Part shown: in pieces, positions 7,987 through 18,267 of the stretch
Layout: every line of letters begins with the position of its first letter
Position numbering within the stretch: the first letter of the stretch is position 1
Source of the DNA: a virus
Taxonomy: Duplodnaviria; Caudoviricetes
Direction: 5' to 3' (one strand)
DNA: 35,220 nucleotides
IMG/VR virus record: IMGVR_UViG_3300020042_012435
Coordinates: 1 to 35,220 of that record
The notes under the pieces: model-generated
Database searches by the model: none
Seen by the model: only the letters and a program-made list of their open reading frames with translations
What the model was told of the DNA's origin: nothing
Translations under genes and position numbers: made by a program

Positions 7987-8367
7987 TTATTTATTTTCTA
8001 GTTTATCTATTCGTTTTAAAAAGTTCCAAAGTTGTTCTGCTGTTTCTACAACAACTGATTCTTTAGAGTTAGTATCATGGTCATTTAATTCAATAGCCAT
8101 TACTTCACCTTCTGGTCCAAATCTATCATACACCCACCAAAGTATAATGTCTGTTTTCCATTCACCATAATGTATGTAAAGTAAATTCTCAACCATTAAA
8201 TAAAAAGCTTCATCATAATTAGAAATACCAAAAGCGTATTTTTCTTCTAATTCCTCAGTGCGATTATTACATTCATCAAAAACATTTATAACATCTATAA
8301 ATATTTCTTTTTCATTCAGTCCTTTTTTCTTAGTCTGAATTTTTAAATTTTTACCAAAGTTTTTCAT
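7987..8367 (-). CDS. Hypothetical protein
   Basis: 126-aa co-oriented ORF. Confidence 0.7.
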   Translation of the reverse strand: MKNFGKNLKIQTKKKGLNEKEIFIDVINVFDECNNRTEELEEKYAFGISNYDEAFYLMVENLLYIHYGEWKTDIILWWVYDRFGPEGEVMAIELNDHDTNSKESVVVETAEQLWNFLKRIDKLENK

Positions 8368-8522
8368 ATAATAGTTGTTACACTAAACACTTTTAAAAAT
8401 TCTTTTAGAGGTAACTGTTTACGTTCTGCAAATATTTTTGCCGCTTGTAATCTAGTTGTTGTAACTACACGACCAATTGTTTCTTGGCTTTTATCATTTC
8501 TACTATAAAACTTAAATATCAT
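8364..8522 (-). CDS. Hypothetical protein (52 aa, not in ORF track)
   Basis: MIFKFYSRNDKSQETIGRVVTTTRLQAAKIFAERKQLPLKEFLKVFSVTTII; ATGA overlap with the next gene. Confidence 0.65.
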   Translation of the reverse strand: MIFKFYSRNDKSQETIGRVVTTTRLQAAKIFAERKQLPLKEFLKVFSVTTII

Positions 8523-8534
8523 ATCAATAATTAT

Positions 8535-9326
8535 TTAAAAGTTAATTCCTTTCACCTTATATCCTTTAGGTCTATGACTGTTATTTTCAAATAGTTGAGG
8601 ATTAATACCCCACTTATAAATAAAGGTTTGAGCGGCTGGTGATTCTGTTTGTTTGAATTTATCTCCTTCTTTACCATTTTTAGTAGCTGCACTTCCAAAA
8701 TGATAAAAGTGAATATGATTAATTCTATAAAATTGTATTCCATTTAAATCTAATTTAAGGAAGAAATCCCAGTCACATATAAAAGGAGAATCATACAATG
8801 TATCAAACCCTCCTACTATCATATAATCTTTTTTAGAAATAACAAATGGAAAAATACCTCCATCTAATGTTAATTGATTCTTTCTGATAGTTTGTTCATA
8901 CTCTAAAAATTCTTCATATTTAAATTCTTTAGGTGTTTTACCTAAATCTTTAACAGGAAAATTAAATATACCTGGGCCTGTAGGTTCTATTTGGTTAACA
9001 GTAAATACAAAACCAGGTTTGATTTGATCCCCAATAACAGTATCCCAATCCTTACAAAGCACATTATCATCATTTATAATAACAATACATTCATTGTTGG
9101 CATTCATAACAGCTAAATTAAGAGCCATTTGCATACCTTGGTTAACACCTAAGTCTAAAACTTGAATATACTGTTTATATTTGTCTAATACATGTTGACT
9201 CTCTTCAATGTAACCATCAACCGCTACAATAATTTCATTTTGGTTAACTTGGTTTTCAATAGCTGATTTAAGACAAATGTCTAAATAGTCTGGATTTCTA
9301 TATGTTGGTATAATTAAACTTATCAT
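8535..9326 (-). CDS. Glycosyltransferase family 2
   Basis: ISLIIPTYRN, IIVAVDG, INDDNV, VGGFD, CDWDF. Confidence 0.9.
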   Translation of the reverse strand: MISLIIPTYRNPDYLDICLKSAIENQVNQNEIIVAVDGYIEESQHVLDKYKQYIQVLDLGVNQGMQMALNLAVMNANNECIVIINDDNVLCKDWDTVIGDQIKPGFVFTVNQIEPTGPGIFNFPVKDLGKTPKEFKYEEFLEYEQTIRKNQLTLDGGIFPFVISKKDYMIVGGFDTLYDSPFICDWDFFLKLDLNGIQFYRINHIHFYHFGSAATKNGKEGDKFKQTESPAAQTFIYKWGINPQLFENNSHRPKGYKVKGINF

Positions 9327-9328
9327 GG

Positions 9329-10570
9329 TTAAAATCTATAAACAATTAAAACATCATCATATCTTCCTTTTAAAGATCTATTATCTATAATTTCACAATT
9401 GTCATGAAGTTTTTCAAATTCATCACGTTTTGTATTTAAACAATCAACATCTTCAATAATAAAGATACCGCCTGGATTCATTTTGTTTTTTAGAATATTA
9501 AAAGTTGCTACTTGGTCTTCAAAGCGATGACTTCCATCATCAATAATAATATCAAAAGTAACATTTTCCAAACAATCTAATACTTCTTTTTTAGTAGCAT
9601 CTACTATATTAATATTAAATCTTTTATCTTTTAAGTAAGGACCAATTTCTCCATCCCAAATATCAATCCCATAAATCTTTGCTCCTTTAAAATATTCATA
9701 CCACATTTCTAAAGACTCACCATACGCGATTCCTATTTCTAAAAAATTTGGTTTTGTATCTCTATAAGGACTTAATAATCTTTCATATTCAGGAATATAA
9801 GTATGAGCTGTTCCTTTATCACCATGACCATCAACATAAGACCACTTTTTGTAAATTTCATTTAATGACTTATCAGGAATATTACTCCAGTTAGTTAAAG
9901 GTGATAACCAAGCTGTTTCACCATGGGTTGCATAACCAGGGATAGGAGTAATTAATAACTCATTATTTTCTCTTAGTTCAAGAAACATTTTAAAATCATC
10001 CGGGTAACTGTTTTGGGTATGTTTTCTTAAAATAGATTCTATTCTTTTTAATGTTGAAACCTTAGATGCAAAAGTCATTGTTGTTGAATTTGTAATTTTC
10101 CAATGGCTTGATTCTGAAAGATAAACTCTAGTGTCTTCAGCCCCACCATCACAATAAGGATTACCTCCTTGAGATGGACTCATATATTTGTCTGGGTGGT
10201 CATAAAGCGATACAAATGATGCTCCTAAATTAAATCCTTCTGTTATAATTTCAGGAGAACCTTGTTTGTGGAGATAATCATTCTCTACAAAATATACAGT
10301 TGTCAAATCATCATATCTTAAGGCTTCATCTAATGCTAAGTTAAAAGTACCAGCACCATGACCAATATTTACCTTTCTAATATTAACCGGATCAATATAT
10401 TTTTTAATCATATCAATAGTATTATCACTGCAATTATCCGCTAACACAGTAATATCATAAATGTAATCAAAAAATACATTACAAAAATTCTTTAAACAAT
10501 TTTCATTGTTTATGTAATCTGGTTTTACTTTATTATAACCAGTATCTGAGATTCTATAAATTATTTTCAT
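9329..10570 (-). CDS. Fusion of a GT-A glycosyltransferase-like domain and a class I SAM methyltransferase
   Basis: N-terminal YFVENDYLH, YDHPDKY; C-terminal DKGTAHTY, FLEIGIAYG, YGIDI, DIIIDDGSH, GGIFIIED. Confidence 0.8.
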   Translation of the reverse strand: MKIIYRISDTGYNKVKPDYINNENCLKNFCNVFFDYIYDITVLADNCSDNTIDMIKKYIDPVNIRKVNIGHGAGTFNLALDEALRYDDLTTVYFVENDYLHKQGSPEIITEGFNLGASFVSLYDHPDKYMSPSQGGNPYCDGGAEDTRVYLSESSHWKITNSTTMTFASKVSTLKRIESILRKHTQNSYPDDFKMFLELRENNELLITPIPGYATHGETAWLSPLTNWSNIPDKSLNEIYKKWSYVDGHGDKGTAHTYIPEYERLLSPYRDTKPNFLEIGIAYGESLEMWYEYFKGAKIYGIDIWDGEIGPYLKDKRFNINIVDATKKEVLDCLENVTFDIIIDDGSHRFEDQVATFNILKNKMNPGGIFIIEDVDCLNTKRDEFEKLHDNCEIIDNRSLKGRYDDVLIVYRF

Positions 10571-10581
10571 AAATTTTTATT

Positions 10582-11448
10582 TTAATCATTATTCCATTCT
10601 TTTAATTTAGTGTCAATAATATCCATCATTGCTTGAGGCTTTTCATGTCCTATAAAATGAATTACTTTTGATTTCATTAAATAATCCATATCAACCCAAT
10701 AGGGAAAAACATAGTAATTTTGAGGGTCTAACAATTCATAATTAGGGCTTAAAGCATTCATTAATGAATGAAATGATTGTTCTTGAGTATCAATAATAGT
10801 TCTAGTCCACCCTGTTTTTTCACTACCATCTTCATTATATATTCCTGAGAAATCAAAAATGTTTAAAAGTAGATTAAATGTTGATGGGTTTAAGAACTCA
10901 TCAAATACTCTTAAGTTTAAGCCTTTAAAACCAGCATTAATTCCAATTTCAGAGTATTTAACTATATTTTCTTGAAATAATTCAGATAATTGTTTAGCTA
11001 AAGCTTTATCACAACCTAGATTAGCTGGTTCTATTATACCAAAAGGTATTTTATGTTCTAAACAGTTTTTTAATTGATCTAAAGATTCATGATTAAAAAT
11101 AACATCATATTCAATCATTAAACTATAATCATAACTATAAACTCTTCTAATATAATGATTAATTAATATATGATAAAAATGAACAAAGTTAGGTATTTGA
11201 GAAATTAAATCATCATTTCCATAACCACTGTTCTTTAAATAATCATGCATGTCTTCTTTAGAGTACCAAAATGACTTAACAGGCAACTTATCTATTTTTT
11301 CTGACCATTCATCTTTATAATCAAACTGATCTAAGACAATGTGGTATTCAAACTCTAAATCAGGAAAATATTTTAGCAATTGTATCATTGTATGATACTC
11401 TAATTTGCCTTTTTTATGCCATAACCTAGCTATAGGAACTACATTCAT
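10582..11448 (-). CDS. GT8-like glycosyltransferase
   Basis: IEYDVIF, INAGF, TQEQ, VIHFIGHEKP resemble GT8 motifs. Confidence 0.6.
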   Translation of the reverse strand: MNVVPIARLWHKKGKLEYHTMIQLLKYFPDLEFEYHIVLDQFDYKDEWSEKIDKLPVKSFWYSKEDMHDYLKNSGYGNDDLISQIPNFVHFYHILINHYIRRVYSYDYSLMIEYDVIFNHESLDQLKNCLEHKIPFGIIEPANLGCDKALAKQLSELFQENIVKYSEIGINAGFKGLNLRVFDEFLNPSTFNLLLNIFDFSGIYNEDGSEKTGWTRTIIDTQEQSFHSLMNALSPNYELLDPQNYYVFPYWVDMDYLMKSKVIHFIGHEKPQAMMDIIDTKLKEWNND

Positions 11449-12053
11449 ATTGTATTATAAAAATTATTTTGTTTTTCTTGTCGTTCAATTGTTTTTGGAT
11501 GGATTAAAGCTAATTCATCTACTGCTGGCAAAACTGTAAATTGTCTATGTCCTTCAATTACCTCATGAACTGCATTCCTCCATTTAATTTCAGGAACATT
11601 TCTATAAATTCGAGTTTGATAATCAGGCCAATTTACTCTATTATTTTCATATCTCCATCCCCATTTTTGAATATGCTCTGGGGTAATGCCTTCTACAGTA
11701 TTAATTCTAGGAACATAATACAAATCAACCTCAGGATTCGCTTTAAGAATTTGAGGAAGCATGTGTAGCATTTCAGGAGCTATTAATTCATCAGCATCAA
11801 TCTGAAATATAAATTCTCCTAAACATTGTTCTTTAAGCTTGTTTTTATATGAAGCAAAATCCTTATTTAAAGGATGGAACCAATGTTTAATTCCTCTATC
11901 AAGAATAACACTTAATACTTCTTTAGTATAGTTATCTTGATCAATTTGTACTACTACTTCATACGATGGAGATAGTGCTCGTTCTTGGAGATAGTCAAGT
12001 AAATTTTCTAACTCCTGGTGTTCATTACATACTGTTATTGCTATACTGATCAT
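11445..12053 (-). CDS. Glycosyltransferase family 2
   Basis: ISIAITVCNE, FQIDADE, PDYQTRIYRN, VHE. Confidence 0.9.
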   Translation of the reverse strand: MISIAITVCNEHQELENLLDYLQERALSPSYEVVVQIDQDNYTKEVLSVILDRGIKHWFHPLNKDFASYKNKLKEQCLGEFIFQIDADELIAPEMLHMLPQILKANPEVDLYYVPRINTVEGITPEHIQKWGWRYENNRVNWPDYQTRIYRNVPEIKWRNAVHEVIEGHRQFTVLPAVDELALIHPKTIERQEKQNNFYNTI

Positions 12054-12735
12054 TTAAAAACTTATTTAATTTTGAAATATCCATACTTACATCTAAAGGT
12101 ACTTTAATATCTTCATTGTATATAGGAGAAACATTTGGGTTAGTTTTTTTAGCTAGACGAAGCATACTTTTAAATTCAGTTCCAACATTATATAAACCTT
12201 TAGCATCTTTTTCTATTAATTTAATATATAAGTTAACAATAACATCTACATAATCAAAATTACCTAAATGATTTATCCAACCTCCTTTATAAGGAAATGG
12301 AGTTGGTTTATGAGTTCCTCTAAGAATTAAATAATTTTTACCTTTAAGTTCAATATAACCATCAGCTAATAATTTTGTATAAGCATAATATGTTGATTGA
12401 TGGACTGGAATTCCTTCTTCATTTGGTTTATCTAAAGAATTAGCATAAACATAATCAGTTGATACATGGACTAATTTTTTATTATGAGCGTTACAGTAGT
12501 CCATTAAATCAACAACTGCTTTATAGTTAGTATCCCAATGTATTTTTTTATTATTATCGTAAGTATTTGTATAAGCTATACAATTAATAATAGTATCATA
12601 AGGTAATAGTAAATGCGCCCAAGTGGTAATTTTTGTTAAATCAACACCATCAACAGAGCGGGATAAAATATCCCACCCTGTTTGTTTGGCTAATTCTTCA
12701 CCTAATAATCCATTACCTAGAATTACAGGTTTCAT
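12025..12735 (-). CDS. RmlD-like NDP-4-keto-sugar reductase (SDR)
   Basis: GNGLLG, NCIAYT, HVSTDYVY, YAYTK. Confidence 0.85.
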   Translation of the reverse strand: MKPVILGNGLLGEELAKQTGWDILSRSVDGVDLTKITTWAHLLLPYDTIINCIAYTNTYDNNKKIHWDTNYKAVVDLMDYCNAHNKKLVHVSTDYVYANSLDKPNEEGIPVHQSTYYAYTKLLADGYIELKGKNYLILRGTHKPTPFPYKGGWINHLGNFDYVDVIVNLYIKLIEKDAKGLYNVGTEFKSMLRLAKKTNPNVSPIYNEDIKVPLDVSMDISKLNKFLNDQYSNNSM

Positions 12736-13874
12736 TTATTAAAAAATTCTTTGATTTTATCACAAACATAATCTACATCCTCAATAGTCATACCATGATG
12801 TGCTCCTAACAAGAAACCATTTTTCATAATAGTATCAGCGTTTTCAAAATCTTGTAAGAATTCTCTATAAGCAGGATGACGAGTTACATTACCCGCGAAT
12901 GTTACTCGAGTTTGGATGTTATTATCTTCTAAGAAATTAAGCAAATCATAACGATAGTTAGTCTGTAAAGGAATTGCTAACCAATTAGGTTGGATTGAAT
13001 CATCAGGTAAAATCAAGTCACCTACACCTTGAAGATTTTCAATATACTGTTCAACATTATCTCTTCGAATTTGAGAGAATTTTTTAAAACGTTCCAATTG
13101 AACTAATCCAAAAGCAGCATTCATCTCACTAGCTTTCATATGGTATCCTAAAACACTATATAAAAACTTATGGTCATAAGGAATACCATCTACACTATGG
13201 TTAAAACGATCATCCATAATTTCTGAGTCATCGCCTAAACGGCCCCAGTCTCTGTATTGTAGACATTTAGTGACATGTTTTTTATCATTAAACATTACCA
13301 TACCACCTACACCACCGGCTGTAATAACATGGGAGGCATAAAAACTAGTTGTAGCAACATCCGTCTCTAAAGTTTCAGTAATTGTATCAGCTGAGTCTTC
13401 AATTAAAATAATATCTGTTCTACCTAATAATTTAATTTCTTGTTTTAAACGTTTCCAATCAGGTTTATTACCAATTAGATTAGGTAACATAATTGCTTTA
13501 ACATCAGGAGTAATAGCGGCTACTACTTGACTAATATCAGCTACATAATCTGTTAAACCAACATCTACAAATTTTGGTTGATAACCTAATTGTAAAATAG
13601 GAGCTAATGTAGTTGAGAATGTACAAGCCGGAGTAATAATTTTACATCCTTTAGGTAAGTCTAAAGCAGCTATAGCTAATAAACAAGCTGATGATCCTGA
13701 ATTAACAAATACACCAAATCGTTTTCCAAAACGTTTAGCTATTGCTTCTTCAAATTCAACTGATTTAGGACCTTGACCTCCTAACCATCCTGAACGTAAT
13801 GATTCTTCTACAGCTTTAATTTCTTCTTCCCCATAAGATTCAAACTTATAAGGAGCGTACCATATTTTTTTCAT
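12732..13874 (-). CDS. DegT/DnrJ/StrS-family PLP enzyme, ColD/E1(RfbH)-like sugar 3-dehydratase
   Basis: VNSGSSA, IEDSAD, TSFYASHVITAGGVGG with His at the Schiff-base Lys position. Confidence 0.8.
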   Translation of the reverse strand: MKKIWYAPYKFESYGEEEIKAVEESLRSGWLGGQGPKSVEFEEAIAKRFGKRFGVFVNSGSSACLLAIAALDLPKGCKIITPACTFSTTLAPILQLGYQPKFVDVGLTDYVADISQVVAAITPDVKAIMLPNLIGNKPDWKRLKQEIKLLGRTDIILIEDSADTITETLETDVATTSFYASHVITAGGVGGMVMFNDKKHVTKCLQYRDWGRLGDDSEIMDDRFNHSVDGIPYDHKFLYSVLGYHMKASEMNAAFGLVQLERFKKFSQIRRDNVEQYIENLQGVGDLILPDDSIQPNWLAIPLQTNYRYDLLNFLEDNNIQTRVTFAGNVTRHPAYREFLQDFENADTIMKNGFLLGAHHGMTIEDVDYVCDKIKEFFNK

Positions 13875-13892
13875 ATTGTTTTTAATTTAAAT

Positions 13893-14348
13893 TTATTCAG
13901 GTAAAACACCAACATAAGAAAGAGCATCTATAAAATCACGTTCATGAAAATTTTGCAATGTACTCATATCCATTCTCCATTCATAGTATTCATTTTTCTT
14001 TCCTGGTATTGGGTATTTTGTTTTTTCATCCTCAGTAACAGGAACAGCTTTTACAGCTGCCCAACCCCAATTTTCTTTAGAAGGACCATTAGCAAAAATC
14101 ATTCCTTGTTGAGGTAAATTTATTGATGAGGGCATCCATATTTTACCATCTTGATCTTTAACCATTAGGTCTTTATAAAGTTCAGGTAAAATAGATACTT
14201 GTTCTTCATAAAAAGTTTCACCTTCTTTTAGTATTGAATTAGTTTGGAATCCACAACCATAACAAAAATAAGTTTTAATGTCTTGGTTTACTTCATCTAC
14301 ATAACAGGCGTCTGATCCGCATCGATCGCAATTAATTAAATTATCCAT
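13893..14348 (-). CDS. Zinc-ribbon hypothetical protein
   Basis: CDRC...CYGCG. Confidence 0.7.
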   Translation of the reverse strand: MDNLINCDRCGSDACYVDEVNQDIKTYFCYGCGFQTNSILKEGETFYEEQVSILPELYKDLMVKDQDGKIWMPSSINLPQQGMIFANGPSKENWGWAAVKAVPVTEDEKTKYPIPGKKNEYYEWRMDMSTLQNFHERDFIDALSYVGVLPE

Positions 14349-15633
14349 TTTGTGTTGTTAAATTTGGTAGTCCTATTTTTTTAAGTTGAGGTAATTTTAA
14401 CTGTACTTGTTGAGCGAACTCAGGAACATTTTTAGTTAAAATAACTTCTAATTTTTCTTTCATTTTATCCCAGCTAAATTCATTTTTAGATTTAAATGCT
14501 TGACGTTTAGCTTTATCAGTATATTTTTTATAATTTTCAAATACATCCTTTAAATAAAAGCCTACTTGTCCTGGATCAGGTGAAAACCATTTTGAGTCTT
14601 GAATCAAAAATTGATTTTTAGTACTTTGATGAACAGGAGTTAATTGACCATTAATTAAATTAGTGAATTCAGAATTTAAAAAATCCATATGACCAGACCA
14701 AGCTGTTGTAATCAAAGGTTTTTTAGTTAAAGTAAATTCCAATAATGGACGACCAAAACCTTCACCTTTAGTTAAACTAATCATTGCTTTCACTTTAGAA
14801 TGATTATAAATTTCATTCATTTCCTCATCGCTAAATTCACCATGCAATAGATAAACATTAGGTAAATTAGTTGAGTTAACTGTTTTCATAATTTTTTTAA
14901 TTTTATGAAGAATAGCTTCTCGATCCATATATGAGGCTCCAACTTGAGATGTTTTTAAAATTAAAGCTGGTTTTTTAGTTTTGTTTTTAAATGTTTCAAA
15001 AAACGCTTTAACTAACAAACCAACATTTTTTCTATCTTCACCTAAATCACCTTCCATCCAATGACCTACAAATAAATAAGCAAAATCTTCTTTAACATTA
15101 AAGTCAATAGAACAAGGTGTATTAATTACTTTATAAATGTCTGTGTCTGCTCCTTCAAATAATACTTCAATTGGTTTTTTTAATTCAACCATTTCTTGAA
15201 GTTGATTGGTGTTTTTATCTCTTTTTTCAAACTTTGACTCTACAAATACTTTTTTAGAGTGTTCAGATGAAGTTAGAGTTAAATCCATTCTATTAATTCC
15301 TTCAATCCATTCAGGAGGGCAAATTGTACTTTCAATACCAGCTGTTACTCCTATATTATACTTTCCAACAGCTTGAAACTCATTAGGAACAGTAATCTGC
15401 ATCCACACATCAGGTTGTTTAGGAAGTCGATTGTCTGGGAGGGAATGTTCTAATAGAAAACTCCATTCTTTATTGTCCTCACAAAAACCAAAGGGTGTGA
15501 TACCCCATTGTTGAGACAATAACTTAACATCGTATTTATCTGATTTAATAATGGCTTTAACTAAATCTCTTGATCGAGCACCGTAGCCACTGTAGGTGTC
15601 AAAAGGGCAACTTATAACAAATAATGGTTTCAT
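14341..15633 (-). CDS. GT-B (GT4-like) glycosyltransferase
   Basis: SGYG, RKNVGLLVKAF, KGEGFGRPLLEF. Confidence 0.9.
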   Translation of the reverse strand: MKPLFVISCPFDTYSGYGARSRDLVKAIIKSDKYDVKLLSQQWGITPFGFCEDNKEWSFLLEHSLPDNRLPKQPDVWMQITVPNEFQAVGKYNIGVTAGIESTICPPEWIEGINRMDLTLTSSEHSKKVFVESKFEKRDKNTNQLQEMVELKKPIEVLFEGADTDIYKVINTPCSIDFNVKEDFAYLFVGHWMEGDLGEDRKNVGLLVKAFFETFKNKTKKPALILKTSQVGASYMDREAILHKIKKIMKTVNSTNLPNVYLLHGEFSDEEMNEIYNHSKVKAMISLTKGEGFGRPLLEFTLTKKPLITTAWSGHMDFLNSEFTNLINGQLTPVHQSTKNQFLIQDSKWFSPDPGQVGFYLKDVFENYKKYTDKAKRQAFKSKNEFSWDKMKEKLEVILTKNVPEFAQQVQLKLPQLKKIGLPNLTTQNG

Positions 15634-17069
15634 TAATATAACAATTTATGATTTAAAACTTTATCTTTAATTTCTGTTGTGTTTACAAATTCAAATTTTT
15701 CTCTTGGCTTCCAAGTTTCAAACAATTCATTAAAAGCATCAATAATTCTATTTCCTTGAGCCTCACCTGTGAATCCTGCTTCTTCTCCAATAGCCCATTC
15801 TCTACCAGCCATACCTCTTTCTTCACGTTCTTCAGGAGTTAAATTATATACTGCTGAAATTTGTTTAGCTGCATCTTCTGGGCGACAAATATCATCCCAA
15901 ATGTAAGGTGTTGGAGGTGAACCTACTAATGTTCTTGTACTTGGAAATACTGGGAATGCCCAGTTACCGTGTTTTTTATAAGTACCTAAATGGTTTGAAG
16001 GAACATTTTCATCTGGTGTAAACCAGTTTCCATTTTCATCCTCAAATCTCATTTGGTCTTGCATTCCTCCAGTTACATTTGCAATAATTGGATTACCTAC
16101 TAAAATAGATTCAGTTAAACTCAATCCCCATCCTTCATTAGATGTTAATAGAATTTGAGCATCTGTACTATTATATAGCATATTCATTTGGATAGACTCA
16201 AATCTAGCATCAGTAAATATGATATTATATTTTTCATCATTAGCAATTAACTCAATAACAGCATCTAGATCAGTTCCATGTTCATTTACTCGTTCAGTAT
16301 GAAGAACTAAACAACATTTTTTAGCTTGTTCAATAGATAAAGTATCAATAAAATACTTATAGGCTAAGATAGTATCTGGAATTTGTTTGCGACGAATGTT
16401 TCTAGAGTTAAATAGAAGAGCAAAATCATATTCTTTACCTTTAAATAAATGTTTTTTAAATTCCTTTAAATTAGAATCATTTTTATCTAAAGGTTTAAAA
16501 ATATTATGATTCAAACCATGAGGAACATATTTAATAATTCTATTCTTAGCTTTATCTCCTAAAACCAAGGTATTAATATTAACTGTTTGTTTTGAAATAC
16601 CCATTAACAAATCACAGGCTTCATAATAAGGTAAATTATATAATGGTGCTGGATAATCATCCCAAATGTTAAGGTAAGTAATAGGAATTTGTTTCCTGAT
16701 TTCATTTTCAATTTGGAACAACCAAGTGAAGTAACGTGGATCTGTAATCAACATAATAGCATCTGGTTTTTCCATTTTAATTAGTTGTCTAATTATATGA
16801 GGATTACCATAACCATCTGTTGGATACATAATAACTGAGGAATCAGTCAAACCCATAGTTTCATTAGTTGATTGACTTAGGTCTAATCTTTTTCCTTGTT
16901 CAGGATGCTGAATAGCTCCTCCTATGTTTACCCAATTGAAATGATGAGCAGTATGTAAAACTACTTCTCTACCTACACCTGCTATACCTGAATGAACTCT
17001 GATGTCATCACAGATAAGCATAATCTTTTTCCTCTGGTCAGGAGGCAAATACTTAAAACTTTTATTCAT
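15633..17069 (-). CDS. GT-B (GT4-like) glycosyltransferase
   Basis: YVPHG, SRNIRRKQ, SNEGWGLSLTES, TGGMQDQ. Confidence 0.9.
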   Translation of the reverse strand: MNKSFKYLPPDQRKKIMLICDDIRVHSGIAGVGREVVLHTAHHFNWVNIGGAIQHPEQGKRLDLSQSTNETMGLTDSSVIMYPTDGYGNPHIIRQLIKMEKPDAIMLITDPRYFTWLFQIENEIRKQIPITYLNIWDDYPAPLYNLPYYEACDLLMGISKQTVNINTLVLGDKAKNRIIKYVPHGLNHNIFKPLDKNDSNLKEFKKHLFKGKEYDFALLFNSRNIRRKQIPDTILAYKYFIDTLSIEQAKKCCLVLHTERVNEHGTDLDAVIELIANDEKYNIIFTDARFESIQMNMLYNSTDAQILLTSNEGWGLSLTESILVGNPIIANVTGGMQDQMRFEDENGNWFTPDENVPSNHLGTYKKHGNWAFPVFPSTRTLVGSPPTPYIWDDICRPEDAAKQISAVYNLTPEEREERGMAGREWAIGEEAGFTGEAQGNRIIDAFNELFETWKPREKFEFVNTTEIKDKVLNHKLLY

Positions 17070-17076
17070 GTTTTGT

Positions 17077-17268
17077 TTAATTTTTAATTTCTAGATTGTT
17101 GTGGTTATGAACTTTTTTTCTAAAATCTTCGTCCGTAAGATATAAATGAATAGTACGGTCAGCAAGCTTTTGTAAAGAAAATTTATACTTAACACAAGCA
17201 ATTTTAAAATCCTCAAATAACTCACTCTGTACTTTTACAGAGGTTAGGGTCATATCTTTTTTTGTCAT
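17077..17268 (-). CDS. Putative ribbon-helix-helix DNA-binding protein
   Basis: LTSVKV strand followed by two helices; sits at the head of the GT operon. Confidence 0.5.
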   Translation of the reverse strand: MTKKDMTLTSVKVQSELFEDFKIACVKYKFSLQKLADRTIHLYLTDEDFRKKVHNHNNLEIKN

Positions 17269-17310
17269 AGCTTTTATTTATTTGTTATATATAAATATAC
17301 ATAGATCCTG

Positions 17311-18264
17311 TTAAAGTACACTTACAGGACATAATTTTTTATCTTTTCCAAAAGGACAATACCGACAATTCCATTTTGAAGGATTAGGCTCATGAGATAA
17401 TACTTTATGAGTTCCATCATGGTTAAAGACAGTTTGAATAAAATTTTCTACTGTTTTAGTGGCTCGGTTTGTTTTTATTTTTCCACTTGGAGGTCTAAAT
17501 TCTTGAAGTCGAGAAACAGGATATGGAGCTTCTTCCCATATTTTTCTTTTAACAATAAAAAACTCTATTTCAATATTATCTTCTTCAAGCCCAAATTGTT
17601 TAGCAAAATATTTTTTATAAAGAATAAGTTGAAATTGTTTATTTTCATCTTTTTTAGTTTTGTCATCCCAACCTTTAGTAGATGTTTTAATATCCATGAT
17701 TTTAAAACTATTAGTTGGTTCATGATATAAAACAACATCCAAATAGCCTTTATATAAAATGTTTTTATATTCTGGAATAGGGGTAATTAAAATAGGGACT
17801 TCACATCCTACTAAAAACCATCCTTGTTTACTAAATAATCCGCTTCTAAGTTTTTTTATTGTTTTAATAATTTCTAATCCGTCTTCATAAAATTCTCTCA
17901 TTTCAACAGGATCAGAAAAATGAACATTCTTATTAGATTTGTAATCTTTTAAGTATGTTTCTCTAAAACGTTCCTCAAAATAAGCTTCTAAATCAATTCG
18001 ATCAGCTTCCGCACCACTAATATTGTATATAACCGCTATATAATGTTGTAACGTCTCATGAAGTGCAGTCCCGAATGTCATATTAATAGATGCTTCAGAT
18101 GTGTAATAACCGTCTTTATATTGGAGACTCCACTTATGAGGACAAGACAAATAGGTAGACATTTGACTATAAGAGATTGATTTTTCTACTCCGTAGATAA
18201 TCTCTTTTAGGTTATGTTTTTGTATTTGTTTTACAATTGCAGGTATTTTTTTCTTTTTAGCCAA
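17311..18264 (-). CDS. PD-(D/E)XK (RecB/Cas4-like) exonuclease
   Basis: ISYSQ..CP, FGTALHE, GYLDV..DIKTS, QLILY, C-terminal CRYC...C; TTG start. Confidence 0.9.
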   Translation of the reverse strand: MAKKKKIPAIVKQIQKHNLKEIIYGVEKSISYSQMSTYLSCPHKWSLQYKDGYYTSEASINMTFGTALHETLQHYIAVIYNISGAEADRIDLEAYFEERFRETYLKDYKSNKNVHFSDPVEMREFYEDGLEIIKTIKKLRSGLFSKQGWFLVGCEVPILITPIPEYKNILYKGYLDVVLYHEPTNSFKIMDIKTSTKGWDDKTKKDENKQFQLILYKKYFAKQFGLEEDNIEIEFFIVKRKIWEEAPYPVSRLQEFRPPSGKIKTNRATKTVENFIQTVFNHDGTHKVLSHEPNPSKWNCRYCPFGKDKKLCPVSVL

Positions 18265-18267
18265 AAC

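Noticed and set aside
8535-17069. Bacterial LPS/capsule locus or host contamination
   Set aside because: No transport or polymerase genes, continuous coupling with phage-type ORFs and a T4-style replisome
17311-18264. Cas4 as evidence of a CRISPR-Cas system
   Set aside because: Stand-alone PD-(D/E)XK nuclease in a replication context; no cas1/cas2 or array
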